DNA from: a bacterium
GTDB lineage: Bacteria > Zhuqueibacterota > Zhuqueibacteria > Residuimicrobiales > Krinioviventaceae
DNA: 64,000 nt
Direction: 5' to 3'
Assembly: GCA_963674595.2 (NCBI GenBank)
Contig: CAXXFV010000023.1
Location: 1 to 64,000, forward strand
Part shown: positions 1 to 7,493 of the stretch, in pieces
Position numbering within the stretch: position 1 is the first letter of the stretch
How the letters are laid out: the number at the start of each line of letters is the position of its first letter
Position numbers and translations under genes: made by a program
Notes under the pieces: model-generated
Seen by the model: the letters and a program-made list of their open reading frames with translations, nothing else
Database searches by the model: none
What the model was told of the DNA's origin: nothing

Positions 1-1233
1 GATAATCAGTCCAAAAACCACAACCAGCAGCGATGCCCAATGTGAAATTTTTACAGTTTCCTTGTCTGTTGCCGTGGATTTAAAATAGGGCTGCCAAATA
101 TCCCTGACTATAAATGACGCCCCGCTGTTGACAATGGAACTGAATGTGGACATGAAGGCGGCCAAAAGTCCCGCAATAACCAGTCCGCGTATACCGTTTG
201 GCAAATATGTTAACAGAACAATCGGCATCACTTTTTCCGAGTCGGTAACTCCGGTAATGCCGGTTAAAGCAAGCAGGGCAATACCCATGGTCATGGCCCA
301 GCGAACGATCAGGAAAAAGCTCCAGGCTGCGCCAACTTTGGATGCGTCTCTGGCATCTCTTGTGGCCAGGAACCTTTGGAAATCATACATTTGTGCAGGT
401 CCGCCCGCGTTTAACAACAGACCTTTGAATACCCATACCATGACCAAGGCTCCGAAAAATTCAAATTCAGCGTGTGCCGTATTTGAAAATTCATGAATAT
501 GCCACGGCACCTTTAAGGAGGTCCAGTTTTGCGGCAGGGAAGATAACAGCTCCGGCGAGAGTTCTGACCAGGCGATATAGGCAATAAAAATGCTTCCCAA
601 TGTGAGGATCAGTGTTTGAATGACGTCGGTAAATACCACACTATAAAGTCCGCCGACAACAACATATAATGTTGTGATACTTATGATGAGAATAGCCAGA
701 ATATCCGGCTGATGGTTTTGAATAAAATTTGATAAAATTGAAAGGGGAATTATTTTTACCAGGGGATCAAGAGAGATATATACCGACGCGAATTTACCGA
801 TACCCTGATAAGCATAACCGATAAAACTGGCCAGGGTGAGGACCGCCATAATGGCATAAGCTGTACGTGCCAGTCGGCCTCCGGTATCGTCTCCAAAACG
901 TGTTTTCATCCATTCTGCCGCCGTCATCACATTGGAACGGCGCACCCATTTCCCCATATAGGCCATAAAAAAGGCAGCCATATAAACACCCCACATCCAG
1001 TGGTGCCACATGGATTTCATACCCAGAACAAAAAGAATGGAAACAATCCACATGGTACCGGTAATGTCAAATGTGGAAACCGAACCGGACATGGCCAACG
1101 GCAGCCAATGCAGGTTTTTTCCGCCCAGAAAATAGTTGTTGAGACTTATTGATGCACGTTTTTGGAACCAAAAACCGAGGCCGATAACCAGAATAAAATA
1201 GACGAAAATAATCGAATAATCAACAGGGACCAT
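1..1233 (-). CDS. Sodium:solute symporter (SSS) family protein, truncated by the window edge
   Basis: Not in the ORF track because it runs off the edge. Read manually from ATG at 1233: MVPVDYSIIFVYFILVIGLGFWFQKRASISLNNYFLGGKNLHWLPLAMSGSVSTFDITGTMW, a typical SSS N-terminus (YFLGG..L.W), followed by hydrophobic segments. Confidence 0.88.
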   Translation of the reverse strand, partial: MVPVDYSIIFVYFILVIGLGFWFQKRASISLNNYFLGGKNLHWLPLAMSGSVSTFDITGTMWIVSILFVLGMKSMWHHWMWGVYMAAFFMAYMGKWVRRSNVMTAAEWMKTRFGDDTGGRLARTAYAIMAVLTLASFIGYAYQGIGKFASVYISLDPLVKIIPLSILSNFIQNHQPDILAILIISITTLYVVVGGLYSVVFTDVIQTLILTLGSIFIAYIAWSELSPELLSSLPQNWTSLKVPWHIHEFSNTAHAEFEFFGALVMVWVFKGLLLNAGGPAQMYDFQRFLATRDARDASKVGAAWSFFLIVRWAMTMGIALLALTGITGVTDSEKVMPIVLLTYLPNGIRGLVIAGLLAAFMSTFSSIVNSGASFIVRDIWQPYFKSTATDKETVKISHWASLLVVVFGLII

Positions 1234-1549
1234 ATTTTTTGCTCCCTCATTTTAACAGGATAGTTTGTTGTTATTTTTTCCAATCTTTGCAAGTCTATCC
1301 ACTTGTCGTCGTAATATTGTTGATGATAGACAAATGTTTAAGAAAATGCAACAGAATTTTCCTGTTTTTTGTTGAATCTTTTTGAAAATTAGCGCATCCA
1401 ATTAGTCTCGGAATAGTGTAACAAAAATCGTGAAAAAGGAAATGGTTTTTACTGAATATGAAACAAGAGTTGTTACCATAATAGTTTAATATCTGGTTTC
1501 TTTCCTTTTTATTTAACAATTTTTAATTTTTGTATCGTAAAGGAAATTT

Positions 1550-2971
1550 ATGTCCATACGAAAAATTTTGCCATTATTGTTATCGATAATTGTTCTGACC
1601 ATATCGGTTTTGTTTGTTTTCCTTTGGCCTGAAAAAAAGATCGATGATCCCTGGGCAAAAGTCGCAAAAAAAACAGAACATACAAATCATTCTGAATTGT
1701 TAAAGGGCCCATTTAAAGACGGACCTTCCGTGACCAAGGCTTGTTTACAATGTCATGAGGAATCCGCTCATCAGGTCATGAAAACAGTGCACTGGACATG
1801 GGAGGGAGAGCCGGTAACCTTGCCAAATCGTCAAAATCCGGTACGCCTGGGAAAGAAAAATGCTATTAATAATTTTTGTATCGGCATTCGCTCCAATTGG
1901 CCGCCGTGCACAGCCTGTCATGCCGGTTACGGTTGGGAAGATGAAAAGTTTGATTTTACTCAAGAATATAATGTTGATTGTCTGGTTTGCCATGAGCACT
2001 CCGGGACTTATGTAAAGTCCCTGGGCGGTCTGCCGGCAAAAGATGTCGATTTGGAAAAGGTTGCCCAAAGCGTTGGTCTGCCGACACGGGAAAATTGCGG
2101 CAGTTGCCATTTCAGGGGCGGCGGCGGAAATGCCGTTAAACACGGCGATTTGGACGGCAGTTTATATCACCCAACGGACCGTATTGATGTTCATATGGGA
2201 AAACATGGATTTGTTTGCACCGATTGCCATACGACTATCGACCATCAGATTAAGGGGCGGGCTATTTCCGTTAGTTATGAGGACAAAAACCAGGTTTATT
2301 GCACCAATTGTCATGATGGTCAGCTTCACAAAGACCAGCGTATCAATGCGCATGTCGCTACTGTTGCCTGTCAAACATGTCACATCCCGGAAGGTGCTGT
2401 TAAAGAAGCTACAAAAATGCATTGGGATTGGTCTACGGCCGGTCAGGACTTGCCGCAGGACCCGCACAAATATCTAAAAATTAAGGGCAGTTTCGTATAT
2501 GAAAGCAATTTCCAACCCAGCTATTTTTGGTATGATGGAAAAGCAGACCATTATTTGTTTGGCGACAAGATGGACCCAAAAGAAACGACATTGTTAAATG
2601 ATCCTCAAGGTGATATTCGTGACCCAAAAGCCAAAATATGGCCTTTTAAAGTTCACACCGGTAAGCAAATTTACGATAAAAAATATGAATATTTTTTACA
2701 GCCCAAGACATTTGGGAAGGACGGTTTTTGGACGGAATTTGATTGGGACAAAGCAGCGAAATTAGGCAGCGAAACAACCGGTCAAAAATACAGTGGTGAA
2801 TTCGGTTTTGCTCCCACGGTTATGTTCTGGCCGCTGACTCATATGGTTGCGCCAAAAGAAAAAGCCCTGCAATGTGTTGACTGTCACGGTGATTCAAAAG
2901 CAACACGCATGGATTGGAAGGCATTAGGATACGATGGTGACCCAATGTATACAGGTGGACGAAAATTATGA
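1550..2971 (+). CDS. otr: Octaheme c-type cytochrome, tetrathionate reductase (Otr) family
   Basis: Eight CxxCH motifs (CLQCH, CTACH, CLVCH, CGSCH, CTDCH, CTNCH, CQTCH, CVDCH). Also HWTW, GKKNAINNFC, CHAGYGW, KHGD and the C-terminal DWKALGYxGDP typical of Otr. N-terminal membrane anchor. Confidence 0.9.
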   Translation: MSIRKILPLLLSIIVLTISVLFVFLWPEKKIDDPWAKVAKKTEHTNHSELLKGPFKDGPSVTKACLQCHEESAHQVMKTVHWTWEGEPVTLPNRQNPVRLGKKNAINNFCIGIRSNWPPCTACHAGYGWEDEKFDFTQEYNVDCLVCHEHSGTYVKSLGGLPAKDVDLEKVAQSVGLPTRENCGSCHFRGGGGNAVKHGDLDGSLYHPTDRIDVHMGKHGFVCTDCHTTIDHQIKGRAISVSYEDKNQVYCTNCHDGQLHKDQRINAHVATVACQTCHIPEGAVKEATKMHWDWSTAGQDLPQDPHKYLKIKGSFVYESNFQPSYFWYDGKADHYLFGDKMDPKETTLLNDPQGDIRDPKAKIWPFKVHTGKQIYDKKYEYFLQPKTFGKDGFWTEFDWDKAAKLGSETTGQKYSGEFGFAPTVMFWPLTHMVAPKEKALQCVDCHGDSKATRMDWKALGYDGDPMYTGGRKL

Positions 2972-5631
2972 TTTGGAAAAGAATTTTATATACGAACATA
3001 TTAATTTTATTAATATCGACAATTTTGACGGCCCAGTCCTCAATGCACCCTGTTTTTCCGCTTAAGGACAAAAATAATATAAATGTCTTAAAATCCGGCG
3101 GACCGGTATCAACCTATAAAACCTGTGGCCAATGTCATGATTCACAGTTTATTGCCACCCACAGTTTTCATAGTCAGGCCGGGTTGGAGGATATTACAAA
3201 AACAGATTCCGGGAAATATGACCGGTCCTGGGATTATGGTTCAGGTCCATTCGGGCAATGGAACCCGTTTTATTACCGTTATTTAACATTAGACGATAAA
3301 ACAGCACCAGACATGGGTGTACCGGATTGGGTACAGGTTTACGGCGTCCGTCATGCCGGTGGCGGACCGGCAGAGTTTGAACAGCTTTTATCTATCGAAC
3401 CTGCGGCAAAAACCCTTGACCCGAATACCGGGGCCTGGAAAGAATGGGACTGGAAAAAATCCGGTAATGAGGAAATGAACTGTTTTTTGTGTCACACAGG
3501 CAATCCCAATAATACGGATCGGATCCACGAAATTCAGCAGGGGAATTTTCAATGGGCGGCAACAGCGACACTTTCCAACACCGGTGTTGTTGAAAAGACC
3601 AAAGGAGAATGGCGTTATCAGAAAAATGCTTTTGATGCGTACGGTAATGTTAAAAAGGAATTGTTACCCATTAAAGATCCGAGTAACGAAAACTGCGGGC
3701 AGTGTCATGGCCTTGTACATTCTGATAACAAGCAGCCCCTGGTTTTTGATGATTTTTCCTTTTCGTCCTGGAGTACTTTGACGACAGGACAAGTTTTTTC
3801 CGCTCAAAGAATTTCCGATTCAGGACTGAATCTGCATAATAAAAAATCACTGGATCGATCATGGGACGTTCATACTGAACGGCTGCTGGATTGTGTCGAT
3901 TGCCACTATTCAGTAAACAATCCGATTTATTATCAGGAAGCGGCAGATACCAGACCGGACCATTTGCAGTTTGATGCCCGTCGTCAGGATTTTTCCGACT
4001 ATGTATATCGTCCCAGCCATCAATTTGCATCCGGACGATTTGATCATAACGAAAATTATGGCATGGATGTGTCCTCAATGCGCAGTTGTGAATCCTGTCA
4101 TGATATGTTGTCTACTCATAATTGGCTTCCATACAAGGAAAAGCATGTCCAAAGTATGACCTGTGAGGCCTGCCATGTTCCTCAGGTAAATGCGCCTTCG
4201 CAAAAGGTTTTGGATTGGACATTGATTTCACCCAATAGCGAACCTCGTGTTGAGTTTCGCGGTATTGATGAACCGGTTGTGAAAAGTAACACCTTTATTA
4301 AAGGTTATGAACCGGTCCTATTGCCGAGAAAAGAAAGCGACGGACGTTTCAAGCTTGCACCTTATAATCTTGTAACAACCTGGTACTGGACAACCGGAGA
4401 CCCGGAACGACCTGTACGCTTCTTTGATTTGAAAAAAGCCTTTTTAGAAAATAATAGTTATCATACAGATATTGTGAAAGCCTTTGATGCTGATCATGAC
4501 GGCAATCTGTCCGAAACAGAAAAAAGACTGGACACTCCATTAAAAGTCAAGACAGCGATACAAAGGCTGCAAGCTGTAGGTGTTGAAAATCCGGTCATAC
4601 GTGGCGACGTCCAGCCCTATGCCATTCATCATAATGTCGCTGAAGGTGAATTTGCCACACGTGACTGTGAAACCTGTCATAGTCAGACTTCGAGAATATC
4701 CCAGTCTTATGAACTGGCCGGATTTGTTCCCCTGACGGGAGAAAAATCAAATTTTATTTCCAGCTTACCGGTCAAATTCTCGGGTAAAATTAAAATAGAT
4801 GATTCACGGAAAATGATTTACAAACCTGTCGTCCGTTCAGACGGATTTTATGTACTCGGGCATGATAAAGTAATTGCTGTACAATGGATCGGTGCGTTGA
4901 CGGTCATTTTTGTTTTAATCGGTATTTTGATTCATGGTGGTTTGCGAATAAAATATACCCGAAGATTGAAACAGAAAAACTTTTATTATAAAAATATTTA
5001 TTTATATCCTATTTATGAGAGATTTTGGCACTGGCTGCAGGCCTTTACCATTATTGGTTTAATTTTTACGGGTCTGGTTATTCATGCTCCCGATGTTTTC
5101 AGCTTTTTGAATTTTGCTCCGGCGGTTATTATACACAATATGCTGGGTTTTATTTTGTTGATTAATGCGTTTTTTGCTGTTTTTTATTATGTCACCAACG
5201 GAAAGATATTCGGCTTTCTACCGGAACCGCAGGGATTTTTTAATCAGGCAATTCAGCAGGCAGAGTATTATTTACGAGGAATTTTTAAAGGAAAACATCA
5301 CCCCTTTGAAAAAAATATAAACAGGCGCCTGAATCCATTACAAAAAATCACCTATTTACTTATTTTGAACGTTTTACTGCCTTTGCAGATCATTTCAGGC
5401 ATTTTAATTTGGGGAGCACAACGATGGCCCCATGTTGCTGAAAATTTAGGCGGTCTGGGACTGCTGGTGCCGTTTCATTCTTTAATTGCCTGGTTTTTTG
5501 CAGCATTTTTGATTATGCATATTTACCTGGCTACAACCGGACATAAACCATTGACCCATATCCAGGCAATGGTAACCGGTTGGGAAGAGGTCGTTGTGAA
5601 AAATGGAAAGGAAACCAAAGATGAAAAGTAA
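2968..5631 (+). CDS. Heptaheme Otr-paralog cytochrome c fused to C-terminal di-heme cytochrome b (PhsC/FdnI/HyaC-like)
   Basis: Signal peptide and seven CxxCH motifs. C-terminal membrane domain has ERFWHW, IHNMLG, NPLQK and FHS...MHIY (four b-heme His). ATGA overlap with the otr stop codon. Confidence 0.87.
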   Translation: MIWKRILYTNILILLISTILTAQSSMHPVFPLKDKNNINVLKSGGPVSTYKTCGQCHDSQFIATHSFHSQAGLEDITKTDSGKYDRSWDYGSGPFGQWNPFYYRYLTLDDKTAPDMGVPDWVQVYGVRHAGGGPAEFEQLLSIEPAAKTLDPNTGAWKEWDWKKSGNEEMNCFLCHTGNPNNTDRIHEIQQGNFQWAATATLSNTGVVEKTKGEWRYQKNAFDAYGNVKKELLPIKDPSNENCGQCHGLVHSDNKQPLVFDDFSFSSWSTLTTGQVFSAQRISDSGLNLHNKKSLDRSWDVHTERLLDCVDCHYSVNNPIYYQEAADTRPDHLQFDARRQDFSDYVYRPSHQFASGRFDHNENYGMDVSSMRSCESCHDMLSTHNWLPYKEKHVQSMTCEACHVPQVNAPSQKVLDWTLISPNSEPRVEFRGIDEPVVKSNTFIKGYEPVLLPRKESDGRFKLAPYNLVTTWYWTTGDPERPVRFFDLKKAFLENNSYHTDIVKAFDADHDGNLSETEKRLDTPLKVKTAIQRLQAVGVENPVIRGDVQPYAIHHNVAEGEFATRDCETCHSQTSRISQSYELAGFVPLTGEKSNFISSLPVKFSGKIKIDDSRKMIYKPVVRSDGFYVLGHDKVIAVQWIGALTVIFVLIGILIHGGLRIKYTRRLKQKNFYYKNIYLYPIYERFWHWLQAFTIIGLIFTGLVIHAPDVFSFLNFAPAVIIHNMLGFILLINAFFAVFYYVTNGKIFGFLPEPQGFFNQAIQQAEYYLRGIFKGKHHPFEKNINRRLNPLQKITYLLILNVLLPLQIISGILIWGAQRWPHVAENLGGLGLLVPFHSLIAWFFAAFLIMHIYLATTGHKPLTHIQAMVTGWEEVVVKNGKETKDEK

Positions 5632-6133
5632 ACCCTATTTAAATCCATACGTGGCCGGCGTTTTATTGGGGATTGTGCTTTTTCTGGCTTTTTTTATAAC
5701 CGGTAACGGATTGGGCGCTTCAGGTGGCTTGAACCGTATCATTGTGGCCGTTGAAGATTTTTTCGTCCCCAAACATGTTGACCAGACACCCTATCTTTTA
5801 AAAATGGCCGGTGGCGATAAAAATCCATTGGACCATTGGATTGTTTTTTTAACAATCGGCACCGTTATAGGCGGATTTTTTTCCGGTTTGGTTCATAAAA
5901 GAGTTCGATTTGAAACCGGTAAAGGACCGAATATATCAGTTAAAACACGCTGGCTTTTGGCATTTATCGGCGGCACTTTGATGGGATATGGCGCCCGGTT
6001 TGCCCGGGGCTGTACTTCCGGTCAGGCGCTGTCCGGCGGCGCTGTGCTGTCAGTCGGAAGCTGGGCGTTTATGTTTGCGGTTTTTGCCGGTGGTTATGCT
6101 CTGGCCTATTTTTTTAGAAAAGCATGGAATTAA
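5621..6133 (+). CDS. YeeE/YedE (sulfur transporter) family half-protein
   Basis: PYLNPYxAG, GLGASG and GARFARGCTSG motifs; hydrophobic. The ATG at 5621 follows AAGGA and overlaps the upstream gene end. Confidence 0.88.
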   Translation: MKSKPYLNPYVAGVLLGIVLFLAFFITGNGLGASGGLNRIIVAVEDFFVPKHVDQTPYLLKMAGGDKNPLDHWIVFLTIGTVIGGFFSGLVHKRVRFETGKGPNISVKTRWLLAFIGGTLMGYGARFARGCTSGQALSGGAVLSVGSWAFMFAVFAGGYALAYFFRKAWN

Positions 6134-6148
6134 CATAAAGGATAGACA

Positions 6149-7372
6149 ATGAATTTTTTTCCAATAATTGATCAGTTTGGACATTTGGCAAGTTATATAA
6201 TTTATTTGTTTATCGGGATCGGATTTGGTGCTGCGCTTGAAATGGCAGGATTTGCCAATTCTCCCAAACTGGCTGCACAATTTTATCTGAAAGATATGAC
6301 AGTCCTGAAAGTCATGTTTACGGCCATAATAACCGCAATGGTTTTGGTATATCTGGCAACTAGTTTTCTTGTTTTGGATATCGACCAGGTCTGGATTAAT
6401 CCAACCTATTTGTGGCCGGGGATTGTCGGCGGCCTGATAATGGGTTTTGGTTTTATTATCGGAGGCTTTTGTCCGGGTACATCACTGGTTGCCTTGGCGA
6501 CACTAAAGCTGGACGGCATTTTCTTTGCCTTGGGTGCATTTTTTGGTATTTTTCTGTTCGGTGAAACAGTCGGCTTTTTTGAGGGATTTTGGAATTCCAG
6601 TTTTATGGGGCGTTTTACCTTGTATGAATGGTTTGGTGTTGATGCCGGTGTTGTTGTTTTTGCCGTCAGTATTATGGCATTGTTCATGTTCTGGGGTGGT
6701 GAAAAACTGGAACATATTTTTGGAGATATAAAAAAATCCGGTAAAAAATTTAACTATTTGGGTGCAATTACGCTTTTGGTTTTGGCCGGTTTGGTTATGG
6801 TTGTCGGCCAGCCTTCGTTACAGCAAAAATGGAGCAAAATTGCTATTCAAAAGCAAAATTTGCTGATAAACAGGGATGTCTATATACATCCGGGTGAATT
6901 GTTGACGTTGATGAATAATGATGATATAAATTTAATCATGTATGATGTGCGTCCGGAAAAAGACTATAATATGTTCCATCTTTTGGATGCTAAAATGATT
7001 CCGGACTTGACAACTCCAGGGCTTTCCCGGCAATTAAAAAATTTGCCGGTAAACAGCCTCATCGTTGTTATGGGAAATGACGAACAAACTGCCACGGAGG
7101 TTTGGAAACGAATGGCGGCCATGCGCGTTCCCAATACTTATATTTTGGATGGCGGTATTAACAATTGGCTCAATATTTTCGGACATGAAGGACATGAAGA
7201 TTGTCCTGCTACTGAAAGCGGCAACAATGAAAACTTTGTTCACGTTTTTCCTTCCGCACTTGGTGACCGGAATAAATCTTCTGCCCCGATGCTTGAACAT
7301 TTTAAAGAGATTCATTTTCAACCAAAAGTAAAAATTCAAAAACAATCCAAAAAGCAGGGAGGGTGCAGTTAA
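6149..7372 (+). CDS. YeeE/YedE half-transporter fused to rhodanese-like domain with C-terminal GGCS
   Basis: N-terminal GFG..LE.AGF and GGFCPGT motifs. Rhodanese hallmarks DVRPEKDYNMFHL and YILDGGINNW. Protein ends KVKIQKQSKKQGGCS*. Confidence 0.85.
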   Translation: MNFFPIIDQFGHLASYIIYLFIGIGFGAALEMAGFANSPKLAAQFYLKDMTVLKVMFTAIITAMVLVYLATSFLVLDIDQVWINPTYLWPGIVGGLIMGFGFIIGGFCPGTSLVALATLKLDGIFFALGAFFGIFLFGETVGFFEGFWNSSFMGRFTLYEWFGVDAGVVVFAVSIMALFMFWGGEKLEHIFGDIKKSGKKFNYLGAITLLVLAGLVMVVGQPSLQQKWSKIAIQKQNLLINRDVYIHPGELLTLMNNDDINLIMYDVRPEKDYNMFHLLDAKMIPDLTTPGLSRQLKNLPVNSLIVVMGNDEQTATEVWKRMAAMRVPNTYILDGGINNWLNIFGHEGHEDCPATESGNNENFVHVFPSALGDRNKSSAPMLEHFKEIHFQPKVKIQKQSKKQGGCS

Positions 7373-7493
7373 ACAGAGCTTTATTTAAAATACATTTTAC
7401 ATTATTGTTTTTCACTTGCCATTTTGATAATATGTTTTAAATTATCAGAACACAATATTTATTCTGTATTTAAATCATTACGAGAGGTGAGGA

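Noticed and set aside
1320-1333. FNR-like site TTGAT-GATA-GACAA upstream of otr
   Set aside because: Only 8/10 match in very AT-rich DNA and far from the start; not distinguishable from chance.
128-1519. Short ORFs 128-496 (+), 794-1051 (-) and 1295-1519 (-)
   Set aside because: The first two overlap the edge-truncated SSS gene in other frames; the third is AT-rich divergent promoter DNA.
1550-7372. Selenocysteine readthrough in the sulfur operon
   Set aside because: The terminal Cys is TGC followed by AGT TAA, and the only TGA stop (otr) is a normal ATGA coupling after a complete C-terminus.
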